A DNA stretch of 64,000 bases from Candidatus Hydrothermales bacterium (GTDB lineage: Bacteria; Hydrothermota; Hydrothermia; Hydrothermales; JAJRUZ01), in the NCBI GenBank assembly GCA_039630575.1, contig JBCNUW010000004.1, positions 32,001 to 96,000 of the forward strand, written 5' to 3'. Shown one piece after another: positions 1 to 9,574 of this stretch. Within the stretch, counting starts at the first letter, position 1; each line of letters begins with the position of its first letter. The notes beneath the pieces are model-generated. The model was not told the DNA's origin, ran no database searches, and was given only the letters and a program-made list of their open reading frames with translations. The position numbers and the translations under genes are program-made.

Positions 1-71
1 TCAAGGGGTGCGACTCGAAATCGCATTGTCCCTTAAGGGGGGACACGCGGGTTCAAATCCCGCCCCCTCCG
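1..71 (+). tRNA. tRNA-Ser(CGA), 5' end outside window
   Basis: Anticodon arm TGCGA-CTCGAAA-TCGCA, long variable arm TGTCCC..GGGACA, T-arm GCGGG-TTCAAAT-CCCGC, G discriminator. Confidence 0.93.
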
Positions 72-83
72 CTTATATCAAAT

Positions 84-1340
84 CTAAGAGGTAAAAAGTT
101 TTACCATAATATTTAACCCAAACTCCATAACACTCCATGGTGTACCTGCATGAAAAGGTCTTAAATTCCTAAATCTCCAAGGTAAATACATACCAAGTAG
201 CTTCTTTCCCAACCTCCAAATCCCTGATGATCCCACTCTATAATTTTCCATTTCAGATTCCTTGACTCTTACAGGTTGTTCTGATAATTGGGTAAGTTCA
301 AGCGGAACCTTAGCAAATGTTGCCTTATCAAATTGTTCCATTATACACATACTAGTTGGAATAAAAAAGGATTTAAAATTTTTTTTCTCTATCTCAGAAT
401 ATAAGTGCTCAGCTACTGTATCACCCTGTAAAAGAGCCAAAAAAGCTTGTTTTACTGGAAAATCTCCAACATCACCCACAGCATATATATTAGGATAATC
501 AACAGTTTGTCTTGTATCAAATTTTGTTTTTATAAAACCTCTTTCATCTGTTTTTAAATTAGAAAGTTTCACAGAAGAAAAATATGGAGGAAAAGAAATA
601 AGAAGGTCAAAAGGTAAAGATTTACCATTTTTATATTTAACTTCTTTTGGTTCAACTTTCTCCACTACATACTCCGTATAACCTGTAATCTTTCTCTTTT
701 CAAACTCCTGTGAAACCAAGTTATGTAATCTTGGTCCAAAAGCCTGAATAAAGCTCCTTTCATAAGTTGTGTAAACTATGTTTACCATATCTCTTACATT
801 CTTCTTTCTTAAGTATGTGTCTAGCATAAAAACTATTTCATAAAGTGGTCCGGAACATTTGTTGTTGGGTGGAACAAGGAATAAAACCTCTTGTCTTTTA
901 CCTTCCTTTGCACCATCAATTAGCTTGTTTATCGATTCCCTCAACTTGAGCATTTCTTCTGGAGTCCATATTGTATTTGCATACTCTGAAAGACCACTTA
1001 TCTCCTCTGGTGTCATTTTCGCTCCTACTGCTATAACTAAATAATCATAATCAAGAGTTTTTTCATCCACATAAACTTTTTGTTTTGACGGATCAACATC
1101 TAAAAGAGTTGCTTTTAAAAAATTTACTCCTAATTTTTTTGCAGCATCAAGATAACTGAACATAAGCTCTTTAGGATCTTTTCCAAAAGGTATGTAAATT
1201 GTGTTAGGCTTAAAAAGAAAATAATCTTTATCGGATACAAGAGTAATATCAACTTTTTTTGTTAGTTTATATAGGAGGTAAGAAGCAACCTCAAGACCTC
1301 CAAATCCACCGCCAACTATCACTACTTTTGTATTTTTCAT
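84..1340 (-). CDS. Sulfide:quinone oxidoreductase family FAD-dependent oxidoreductase
   Basis: GGGFGG Rossmann motif, CSGPLYE, YAVGD, C-terminal Cys (SMCIME); AGGAGG RBS. Confidence 0.75.
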   Translation of the reverse strand: MKNTKVVIVGGGFGGLEVASYLLYKLTKKVDITLVSDKDYFLFKPNTIYIPFGKDPKELMFSYLDAAKKLGVNFLKATLLDVDPSKQKVYVDEKTLDYDYLVIAVGAKMTPEEISGLSEYANTIWTPEEMLKLRESINKLIDGAKEGKRQEVLFLVPPNNKCSGPLYEIVFMLDTYLRKKNVRDMVNIVYTTYERSFIQAFGPRLHNLVSQEFEKRKITGYTEYVVEKVEPKEVKYKNGKSLPFDLLISFPPYFSSVKLSNLKTDERGFIKTKFDTRQTVDYPNIYAVGDVGDFPVKQAFLALLQGDTVAEHLYSEIEKKNFKSFFIPTSMCIMEQFDKATFAKVPLELTQLSEQPVRVKESEMENYRVGSSGIWRLGKKLLGMYLPWRFRNLRPFHAGTPWSVMEFGLNIMVKLFTS

Positions 1341-1352
1341 TTTGATCCTCCT

Positions 1353-1706
1353 TTATATTAAATTGTTGAAACTAAATTTGAAATCTAAAAATGTAGGGGT
1401 GCAAACCGGAGTAAAATCAGCTGGATGACTAAAAAGGACAAACCATTTACCCTTAAAGCTATAAGGCAGATCAAAAGCTCCAAAGGCTTTTATAACTTTT
1501 ATTTTGGGGAAACTATCCCCAAAAAGAGAGATCCTTTTAAGTTCCATTTTTACCTCCTTTTTTAATTTTTGAAAAATTTCTGTTATATAGAAGGGATAGG
1601 TTAAGTTACTTTTAGAAATTTCTAAAAGATCTACAAATTGATTTTTATTATAGGAAAGAAATACAAGAGTTTTAATTGCGTAATTTGTCTTTCTTTTTAT
1701 AAGCAT
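1353..1706 (-). pseudogene. In-frame remnant: Rrf2 regulator N-terminus fused to a peroxiredoxin (Prx6-type) N-terminus
   Basis: MLIKRKTNYAIKTLVFLS is Rrf2-like; internal AAGGAGG plus ATG at 1547 starts KGKWFVLFSHPADFTPVCT, which then breaks off. Confidence 0.75.
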
Positions 1707-1714
1707 ATTAGTTA

Positions 1715-1739
1715 AAATAGGACTTTTTTAATCCTATTT
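1715..1739. promoter_or_regulatory. Palindromic operator, probably Rrf2-type
   Basis: AAATAGGA-N9-TCCTATTT, 8 nt upstream of the Rrf2 remnant start. Confidence 0.6.
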
Positions 1740-1840
1740 ATAATAAGTTTTTTTTAAAAATTTTTCAAAAAGTAACATTAAAAAAATTTGAAAAAAAAAC
1801 CTTTCTACTATAATATATAAAATTAAAAAGGAGGAATAAA

Positions 1841-2680
1841 ATGAAAAAATTAATACTAATAATAAGTATAGCACTAATAGCTACAAAATGTAAAGGACCA
1901 AAGGGGGAAAAGGGGCCACCAGGACCTATAAATATTTATGTACTTGGTTTTGTAGAACATCACAAGTACAATGATACTTCTGAGGCAGAGGTTGAAGTAT
2001 CATTTTCTCCCTCAATTCCAGATGTAAAAATTAATGATATTGATATTCCTATTTACTATTTCTATGGTAGCTCCTTTTCTTTTTATAAAGATAACATAAC
2101 AACGCTCTCTTCAGGTACTAACTTAAATCTTAAAGTAACATATAAAAAATCTGATGGAAATCAAGGAGAAGCAATTGCAACTGCGAAGATACCTGGTATT
2201 TTTGGTATCACAAGCCCCTATCCAGAGGCTTCTATACCAGTGGGAGGTTCTTTAAATGTAGTTTGGTCTCAATCTTTAAATGCAAATTTTTACTTCGCGA
2301 ATCTTTACTTGTACTACGAGTATATTGATTTGGTAGGGAATCATAGTAGATTTTCTTGTGATGTAGAAACAACATTAACACAGACTTCGATCACTTTCCC
2401 ACCAAGTGTACTTTTTCCTGACCTTAATGAAATTGATTCTATCTACTATAGTATTGGATATTTTTATGTTTTAGGAATAAATGGTCCAAAGTTAGAATAT
2501 GGAGAGATGGGTAATGTGGAAGGTGATGGTTCTGGATTTTTCTGGGGAGTAATGCTTGGAGATGAAATTTATGTTTACATAAGCGGAACAGAATTAATCA
2601 CAATCCAAAAACCCTCTCCATCTGAAAAACTAAGATCATATTTAAAAAATAAATGTTTAAGTTTTAAAATTAAAGATTAA
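1841..2680 (+). CDS. Putative lipoprotein with short Gly-X-Y repeat
   Basis: Signal-like N-terminus ending in Cys, then GPKGEKGPPGP; AGGAGG RBS. Confidence 0.65.
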   Translation: MKKLILIISIALIATKCKGPKGEKGPPGPINIYVLGFVEHHKYNDTSEAEVEVSFSPSIPDVKINDIDIPIYYFYGSSFSFYKDNITTLSSGTNLNLKVTYKKSDGNQGEAIATAKIPGIFGITSPYPEASIPVGGSLNVVWSQSLNANFYFANLYLYYEYIDLVGNHSRFSCDVETTLTQTSITFPPSVLFPDLNEIDSIYYSIGYFYVLGINGPKLEYGEMGNVEGDGSGFFWGVMLGDEIYVYISGTELITIQKPSPSEKLRSYLKNKCLSFKIKD

Positions 2681-3554
2681 GAGAAAAAGGTATATTTTTA
2701 GAAATGATCGATAGATATCTCTGTAAAGTGAAAGTTGATGATAGAGAAAAAAAAGCCTTTCTTCCTGACTCTATAAAATTAAAAGATATAATTGAAAGGG
2801 GCAGAGAAATAATTTTAGTCAATAAAATGTGAATAACTCGTGGGTATTTTTAGATAATATTATTATTAATTTTTTAGAAGAGGAAATTGAAAGAAGGAGT
2901 TTACCTTTTTTTAAAAGTTGGAAAATTGAGAGCAAGAAAGTAAAAATTAACGGTTTTAGAATAGATCTTCTTTTGAAAAGAAAATCTAAAAAAATGCTTT
3001 GCAAAATAAAATCGTGCATAAACGCTATAAATGGAATAACATTCTTTCCTGATAAATCAAATTTAAGAGAAATAGAGGATTTAAAAGTACTTTTAAAAGA
3101 AAAGAAAAGGGGAAATTTATCAGCTATTATATTTGTTGCTCTAAGAGAAGATGTTAAAGATTTTGCTCCGAACTCCATAGTTGATATAAATTATTCAAAA
3201 ATTCTATATAAGGGTATACTTGAAGGAATACACATCTTTCTTATTGTAACAAGTTTTAATCCTGATGAGCTTAGTTTAAAAGTTATCCTATATAAAAAGC
3301 TAAACCTCCTTGAAATTCTTAAAAATGAATATCATTTGTGGAGGTATCCTGAAGTATTTATTAGTAAGTTAGAAAGGATAAATAGAGAGATTTATATAGA
3401 AATGATTGGAACTACTTGCTATCATTGTTCCTTTGAAGAAAACCTTTTTGATTTCTTAGAATTTGCAAAAGAAAGAGAATTAGATTTCAAAATAAGAGAA
3501 ATAAAAAGTGAACCAGGAGGACTATCAGCAAAACTAAGGCTAAAATATGGTTGA
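2653..3554 (+). pseudogene. sfsA: Disrupted SfsA-family nuclease with an extra C-terminal CxxC domain
   Basis: N-terminal part (MFKF*N*RLREKGIFLE..AFLPDS..GREIILV) is in a different frame from 2829..3554 (RIDLLL, KIKS, FFPD, IIFV, FAPN). Confidence 0.6.
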
Positions 3555-3586
3555 AATTTAACAAAATTCATTTTTATTATATAATT

Positions 3587-3769
3587 ATGGAAAAGGCAAA
3601 ATGTCCACTCTGTGAAGCTCAAATAAGCGTTCCAGTAAAAAAAATTGGTTATGAATTCTCCTGTCCAGAGTGTAATGAAAGAATTGTGGTAAAACAGATT
3701 AACCCACTTATACTTGACCTTGCACTCGAGGATTATGAAGAAGAAAATACAAAATTTGAAAAAATGTAA
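3587..3769 (+). CDS. LysW-like small zinc-ribbon protein
   Basis: CPLC..CPEC, P-x-x-L and acidic tail; ATG 3587 preferred over TTG 3551. Confidence 0.65.
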   Translation: MEKAKCPLCEAQISVPVKKIGYEFSCPECNERIVVKQINPLILDLALEDYEEENTKFEKM

Positions 3770-3771
3770 AG

Positions 3772-4986
3772 TTGACTAAATTCTCTCTCTTTACAGTTGG
3801 TTGTAGAACAAACATAGCAGAGAGTGAAAGATTAAGAGCCATCCTTGTATCTAAAAATTTTAACTATACTGAAAATATAAAAGAAGCTGACCTCGTATTT
3901 ATAAACACTTGCACTGTTACCCACAAAGCAGATAGAGATTCAAGAAAAATTTTTAACAGAGTAAGGAGAATAAATAAGAATGCAAAAATTTTTTTAACAG
4001 GCTGTGCAATTGATAATTTTAAAGAGGAAGAAAATGTAAGGGTCATTAAGTTTGAGGAGCTTTTAACAAATTTAAACCAAGAACTCAAAGAGTTCAAAAT
4101 TTTGTCTCCAGAGGAATCAGGGCACTCAAGATACTTTTTAAAGATCCAAGAAGGGTGTGACTACACGTGCTCCTTCTGTATTGTTCCTTTAAAAAGAGGT
4201 AAATCAAGATCAATAGACCCATTTGATCTATTAAAAGAAGTTGAAATGGCTATATCAAAAGGTTACAGGGAAATAGTTCTTACTGGAACACAAATAGGAG
4301 ACTATGGAAAGGAATTAGACAAAAACTTTGATCTAAAATTTTTAATTAAAGAAATTCTTAAAATTAACCAAGATTTCAGAATAAGATTATCCTCTCTACA
4401 TCCATTCCATGTTAATAAAATTTATGAAATTCTGACAGAAAAAAAGATAACACCTCATCTTCATATACCTCTTCAAAGTGCATCAGAAAAGGTTCTTAAA
4501 GATATGAAAAGACCTTACACGCTAAAATTTTTTGATAAAATTTTGGAGAAAATTTTAAAAATAAATAGAAAATTCAGTATAGGAACAGACATTATAGTAG
4601 GTTTTCCAACAGAAAAAGAAAAAGAATTTAAGGAAACATTAGAATACGTTGAAAATGCACCCTTTTCCTATATTCATATTTTTTCATACTCAAAAAGAGA
4701 TAAAACAGAGGCTGCAAAACTAAAAGGTCTTGACCCTATGATAATAAATGAAAGAATGAAGATAATAAAAGAAATAGACTCAAAAAAAAGAATAAATTTT
4801 TTAAATTCTCTTCTTTATAATATAATAGAACCAGTTTATGAACAGAGTGAAAATGAGTTTTTGAAGGGTCTTTCTGAATATGGCTTTTTAGTAAAATTCA
4901 AAGGTAACAATCTAAAAAAGGGAGAAATAACAAAAGTATACGTACATAAAATTGAAAATACTTACCTTTTAGGTTATAAAATTTAA
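3772..4986 (+). CDS. mtaB: tRNA methylthiotransferase (MtaB/MiaB family radical SAM)
   Basis: GCRTN, INTCTVT, QEGCDYTCSFC, DIIVGFP. Confidence 0.85.
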   Translation: MTKFSLFTVGCRTNIAESERLRAILVSKNFNYTENIKEADLVFINTCTVTHKADRDSRKIFNRVRRINKNAKIFLTGCAIDNFKEEENVRVIKFEELLTNLNQELKEFKILSPEESGHSRYFLKIQEGCDYTCSFCIVPLKRGKSRSIDPFDLLKEVEMAISKGYREIVLTGTQIGDYGKELDKNFDLKFLIKEILKINQDFRIRLSSLHPFHVNKIYEILTEKKITPHLHIPLQSASEKVLKDMKRPYTLKFFDKILEKILKINRKFSIGTDIIVGFPTEKEKEFKETLEYVENAPFSYIHIFSYSKRDKTEAAKLKGLDPMIINERMKIIKEIDSKKRINFLNSLLYNIIEPVYEQSENEFLKGLSEYGFLVKFKGNNLKKGEITKVYVHKIENTYLLGYKI

Positions 4987-4989
4987 ATT

Positions 4990-5310
4990 ATGAAAATCTT
5001 AGAAGAAATAAAGAGGGAAATTCAAGAATCCTATAAATCATTTTTAAAGAATCATGTTACTTTACCTGAAGATGAAAATGAAGAGTCAGAAAAAGAGGAA
5101 TTTCTCATCTTTGAAGAGGGGAAATCCTCCTTTAGCTTTGAAATAGAAACTGGCAAAGAAAAAAAAGAAGAAATAGAGGATATCTTAAATCTACTGAAAA
5201 TTGGACAATATGACAAAGCTATAGAAAAAATAAGAGAGTTAAAATCAAAAGAGACTCCGAAAATATTAACAGATGATTTAAGAATATCGAGAGACGAAAT
5301 AAATCTTTAA
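4990..5310 (+). CDS. Hypothetical acidic protein
   Basis: 106-aa ORF filling the gap with typical composition. Confidence 0.55.
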   Translation: MKILEEIKREIQESYKSFLKNHVTLPEDENEESEKEEFLIFEEGKSSFSFEIETGKEKKEEIEDILNLLKIGQYDKAIEKIRELKSKETPKILTDDLRISRDEINL

Positions 5311-5312
5311 GA

Positions 5313-6164
5313 CTAAACTAATTTTTCCTCATAAAAAATTTTCTTTATAGCCTCTTCAAAATCTGTTAAAGGTATCTTTAGAATTTTTTTTATTTTCTCA
5401 GAATTTAAAACATCAACGCCCTTTCTCTTTTTAACAAACTCAACTTTAAATTCTATTCCTTTTAACTTTTCAAAAATATTTTTTATCTCCTCTACAGATT
5501 TTAAAACTCCACTACCACAATTGTAAATACCCTCTAAAGAGAGCTCCATTACACCAATTACATATTCTGCAGCATCATATGAAAATATATACTCATACCT
5601 TGCATTATAATCATCGTAGAGATAGACAGTGTCCCTTTTTTCCCTTAAAGCTTTTAGAAAATCTGCTATAGGATTTCTTTCCATAAATGGTCCAAAAATC
5701 CTTGGAAATCTGAGTGATGTAAACTTTATATTCTTTTTCTTACTTAAAACATACAAAAGACCCTCCCCTGCAAACTTCTGCGAACCGTATAAATTATTGT
5801 GAAACTTTGCCTCTTCCTCTTCTGGAAATAAATTGTTATCATAAACACTTGCCGATGAGATGTAAATAAAATGACCACCACTTATTCGGTTAAGAATTTT
5901 AATAGGGTAAATCAAATTAACCTCTAAGGCCTCTAAATAATTTTTTTCTACTTGAAATTCTCCAGAAACAGCGGAGAGATAAACGAAATAATCAGCCTCT
6001 AAAGAAATATCAAAAAAATTATCAAAATAAAAAAATTCATCTTTAAACCAACTCTTTTTTCTCCTTGAAAACGCCTTAATTTTATAATTCTTTTCTTTTA
6101 ATTTTTCATAAAGTGATCTTCCCAAAAGATCTGAAAGACCAAATAATATAACTTTTTTTTCTAT
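5313..6164 (-). CDS. NAD-dependent epimerase/dehydratase (extended SDR)
   Basis: SSASVY, YGSQK, RFPRIFGP; the frame stays open upstream of the called TTG through KKVIIFGLSDLLG; start uncertain. Confidence 0.75.
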   Translation of the reverse strand: MEKKVILFGLSDLLGRSLYEKLKEKNYKIKAFSRRKKSWFKDEFFYFDNFFDISLEADYFVYLSAVSGEFQVEKNYLEALEVNLIYPIKILNRISGGHFIYISSASVYDNNLFPEEEEAKFHNNLYGSQKFAGEGLLYVLSKKKNIKFTSLRFPRIFGPFMERNPIADFLKALREKRDTVYLYDDYNARYEYIFSYDAAEYVIGVMELSLEGIYNCGSGVLKSVEEIKNIFEKLKGIEFKVEFVKKRKGVDVLNSEKIKKILKIPLTDFEEAIKKIFYEEKLV

Positions 6165-6165
6165 T

Positions 6166-7095
6166 TTAGTAATTTAAAAGAATTGCACCGAGAAGTGGTA
6201 AAAATATTTCAATATGTAAAGTAAAAGAAACTCCCTTACCACCATCCTTTGTTGGCCTTTCAACAACATTTTGAAGGGGTCTATAATGTTGAATCTGATC
6301 AATATTGCATGCAAAAAAATTATAAACTCTATATCCAAGATTCCTTACCACTGAAAGACTTTTCAAAAAAACCTCTGGCATTAAGACAGCTGAAGCAACA
6401 TTAATCACCACTCCACCTCCCTCAAGTTTAGAAAGATAACTGATAAATCTTTTAAAATCCTTTAAAGTAGTAAACCCAACCTCATCGCCCTCAAGAAAAG
6501 GAAACATATGAATTATATCAGTACCAACAGCAACATGAAAACTCATTGGAATTTTCCTTTCATTTAAAAGACACATTAAACTTTTATCACTGTAGGGAGG
6601 ACTTTTCTCTAAAAGAACTTCAGGCACAACTTCTCCCATTCCCTTTTTTTCCTTATAACCTCTTTTGAGTGCTTCATTAAAAAATTCCATAGTCTCCTTT
6701 GTCATTCCAAACTTTCCATCTCTTATAGTCTCTTCAACAAATTCAGAAGTCTCACCAAACATAGCTATCTCAAAGTCATGAATAGCAACGGCACCCTGAC
6801 CAGCAAGCCAGGTAATATAACCTTCCTCTGCTAACTTTGATAAAAGAGGTGAAAGACCACATTTTATAACAGCATCACCAACCATCCATATGATCGGTTT
6901 TCTTTGATCCCTTGCATTTTTTAAATTTGAAACAAATTCCCTCAAATCGTTAGCCTTAAAAACCGCCGGAAGATAATCAAGAAACAGAGAAAATCTATCT
7001 GGAATACTATCCTTTATAAAATGGGAAACATTTAGTTTATTCCTCCTGTCCTTTATCGATATAAGTTTTAAATTAAAAATTTCTTCTTCCTTCAT
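6166..7095 (-). CDS. Deoxyhypusine-synthase-like protein (GSU2086-like family)
   Basis: GDAVIKCGL, IHDFEIA, FHVAVGTDIIH, SAVLMPEVFLK, HYRP. Confidence 0.7.
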   Translation of the reverse strand: MKEEEIFNLKLISIKDRRNKLNVSHFIKDSIPDRFSLFLDYLPAVFKANDLREFVSNLKNARDQRKPIIWMVGDAVIKCGLSPLLSKLAEEGYITWLAGQGAVAIHDFEIAMFGETSEFVEETIRDGKFGMTKETMEFFNEALKRGYKEKKGMGEVVPEVLLEKSPPYSDKSLMCLLNERKIPMSFHVAVGTDIIHMFPFLEGDEVGFTTLKDFKRFISYLSKLEGGGVVINVASAVLMPEVFLKSLSVVRNLGYRVYNFFACNIDQIQHYRPLQNVVERPTKDGGKGVSFTLHIEIFLPLLGAILLNY

Positions 7096-8375
7096 ATTAT
7101 TACCTCTCCATCAAAATTGTCTTTATAGTTTATATTTAGTAAATTCAAAACTGTGGGAACAAAATCAACAATTTTAACATCATCTTTAACAATTTTTCTA
7201 CCCCTTATGTATATAAAAGCATCATCAAAAGTATGGACTCCCTCTATAGGTGAATCAACATAGGGCTCATCTAAATCAAACTCTGCTTTAAGATCATAAC
7301 CCATTTCAGGTATAATAATAAAATCAGGAGCTTTACCTATAAATTCTCTTCCAAATATTTCTAATCTTTTTTTATAACCCTTTATTCCTTCATAACTTAT
7401 AAGTTCATTCAAAAAATTTTCCACTTCTTCTTTTATTTCATTTTCCCAGTATAAGGCTCTTGAGAATCTTTCCTTTTTAAATAAATAAATTCTACCTGGT
7501 GCAAGCGTAAAAACTTTCGAAGTTTCAATAATGTTATTGTAATTGTAAAGTAAATCTCCTTTAAATTTTAATAAACCCTTTGATTTTAAAAAATAAAGAA
7601 TATTTATACTTTTTTTCAACTCTTTAAGACCGTGATCCGAAAGGATAATAAGCTCATCCTCCTCTTTTAAATTGTTTTCAAGAAAGGACATAATCCTTTT
7701 GTCAAGAAAAGAAAAGTAATCTTTCAATTTATAATAATCTTTAATGAAAAAATGAAAAAGCCTGTCAGTTTCCATAATATTTAGGATAATAACATCAAAA
7801 ATCTCATTTTTAATTATTTCCTCACAAACTTTGAATCTTTTATCTGTTACAGTAAATAACTCATTATAAAAAACTTTTTTCTTCTTATCATCCCTTGCCA
7901 TCCATGGGTCAAGATCAATAACATATTTTTCCTTTAAAAGAAAACTTTTCAAATTTTTTGGATAAACTGCCTTATCAATTTTTGGAGCAAGAAACCCTGA
8001 AATACAAACTGTATTTTTAACTTCAGGTGGAGGATAGGTAATAGGTAAATTTATATGTAAGACTCTTTTATTAAAATCCGATAAAATTTCAATAATGGTC
8101 TTTGTTTTAATATCTTTATAATTTGGTATAAAAAGAGTAAGATCATCTTTTATATCAATGAACCCAAAAATTCCATGAGAACCAGGAAGTTTACCAGTTA
8201 AAAGAGTTGCCCAGGCAACTGAAGAAATGGTAGGATAAACTGAACACATCTTCTTTATATCACCGTCTCTGAAAATTTTTTTTAAATAGGGTGTTATATT
8301 TTTTTCGCAAAAATCAATCAATAAAGTAAAGGAAACACCATCAAGACCTAAAACATAAAGTTTTTTTTTATTCAT
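7092..8375 (-). CDS. Alkaline phosphatase superfamily (type I phosphodiesterase/nucleotide pyrophosphatase)
   Basis: GLDG, SSVAW..TG..PG.HGIFGF, DRLFH, SDHG, GVH. Confidence 0.85.
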   Translation of the reverse strand: MNKKKLYVLGLDGVSFTLLIDFCEKNITPYLKKIFRDGDIKKMCSVYPTISSVAWATLLTGKLPGSHGIFGFIDIKDDLTLFIPNYKDIKTKTIIEILSDFNKRVLHINLPITYPPPEVKNTVCISGFLAPKIDKAVYPKNLKSFLLKEKYVIDLDPWMARDDKKKKVFYNELFTVTDKRFKVCEEIIKNEIFDVIILNIMETDRLFHFFIKDYYKLKDYFSFLDKRIMSFLENNLKEEDELIILSDHGLKELKKSINILYFLKSKGLLKFKGDLLYNYNNIIETSKVFTLAPGRIYLFKKERFSRALYWENEIKEEVENFLNELISYEGIKGYKKRLEIFGREFIGKAPDFIIIPEMGYDLKAEFDLDEPYVDSPIEGVHTFDDAFIYIRGRKIVKDDVKIVDFVPTVLNLLNINYKDNFDGEVII

Positions 8376-9480
8376 TACTAAAGTTTTCCTTTAAAACTTC
8401 AAAAACTTCTGGTCTTAAAATTTCTTTAACTAAATAAGCCCCACTCTTAAGAGCATCCCTAATTTTGGTCATACTTATATACTCTCTAAAACTATCATCA
8501 TGAGGACATGTATTCTCTGAAACAATTCCATCACATTTTTTGCATAAAAAAACAGCCTTTACCTTTATAATTTCTATACCTATATCAGGGTATTCCTCAA
8601 AAATTCTATGAGCAGCATATGGGTCATAAAAGTTCCCAACCCCTGCGTGATCCCTACCAACTATAAAATGAGTTGCGCCATAATTTTTTCTCACTATAGC
8701 ATGAAAAACAGCGTCTCTTGGTCCTGCATACCTCATTGGCGTAGTAAGACCTGATAGAACTACTCTCTCTTTTGGAAAATAATTATCTATAAGCACACGA
8801 TAACTTTTTAAAATTACATCATTTGAATAATCTCCCTCTTTTTTTCTTCCCAAAATTGGATGTATAAATAGACAGTCTGTTATCTCCAAGGCAATTCTTT
8901 GAAGGTATTCATGAGCTATATGGGGAGCATTTCGTGTCTGAAATGCACAAACAGTTTTAAAATTTTTTTCCTTAAAAATCTTCCTTGTTTCTTGCGGTGT
9001 AAGTTCATACATAGAGAAAGGATGTTTCGGTCTTTTAAAAAGCCATACTTTACCTCCTATAGCATATTCTCCTTTTGATTTAAAATAAAAAACACCTGGA
9101 TGCTCATTTGAATCAGTTCCAAAAACTCTTTTAGAAACATAATTTGAATCAAATCTATAAACCTCCTCAATTTCTACCATTCCGAAGATTTCATCCTTAA
9201 AAGAAACTAAAATCTCACCACTATGGGGTATTTCTTTGAATGTTTTTTCATCTATTTGTAGTATAATCGGTATAGTGAAAGGGTAATTATTTAATAATCT
9301 TCCTCTTTCACAAACACTTTCAAGTTCATCCTTTATCATAAAACCTTCAAGTGGAGTGAAGCTTCCTATTGCAATCTTTTCAAGATCGAAAAGAGTATCC
9401 TCATCAACTTCAACTTTTTTTAGATCCTTTACGATCGGGATTTCTTTGTCCTTAGGGATTAATCTTTGAACAAGTTCCAT
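8368..9480 (-). CDS. sat: Sulfate adenylyltransferase
   Basis: PLEGFM, FQTRNAPHIAHE, MRYAGPR, HFIVGRDHAGVG. Confidence 0.95.
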   Translation of the reverse strand: MELVQRLIPKDKEIPIVKDLKKVEVDEDTLFDLEKIAIGSFTPLEGFMIKDELESVCERGRLLNNYPFTIPIILQIDEKTFKEIPHSGEILVSFKDEIFGMVEIEEVYRFDSNYVSKRVFGTDSNEHPGVFYFKSKGEYAIGGKVWLFKRPKHPFSMYELTPQETRKIFKEKNFKTVCAFQTRNAPHIAHEYLQRIALEITDCLFIHPILGRKKEGDYSNDVILKSYRVLIDNYFPKERVVLSGLTTPMRYAGPRDAVFHAIVRKNYGATHFIVGRDHAGVGNFYDPYAAHRIFEEYPDIGIEIIKVKAVFLCKKCDGIVSENTCPHDDSFREYISMTKIRDALKSGAYLVKEILRPEVFEVLKENFSNE

Positions 9481-9540
9481 TTTTATTTAAAATTTGAAAA
9501 AAAAAATTTTAAAATCTTATTATATAAAATCTTAATATTT

Positions 9541-9553
9541 GGGTTCAATACCC
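9541..9553 (+). promoter_or_regulatory. T-arm-like leader hairpin, copy 1
   Basis: GGG-TTCAATA-CCC; core ends 22 nt before ATG 9575; TAAAAT 11 nt upstream. Confidence 0.65.
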
Positions 9554-9574
9554 TAAATAGATTGCAGGTATAAA

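Noticed and set aside
1363..1375. Weak AGT-TTCAACA-ATT hairpin upstream of the SQR gene
   Set aside because: Similar position but no GG/CC stem; too degenerate to count.
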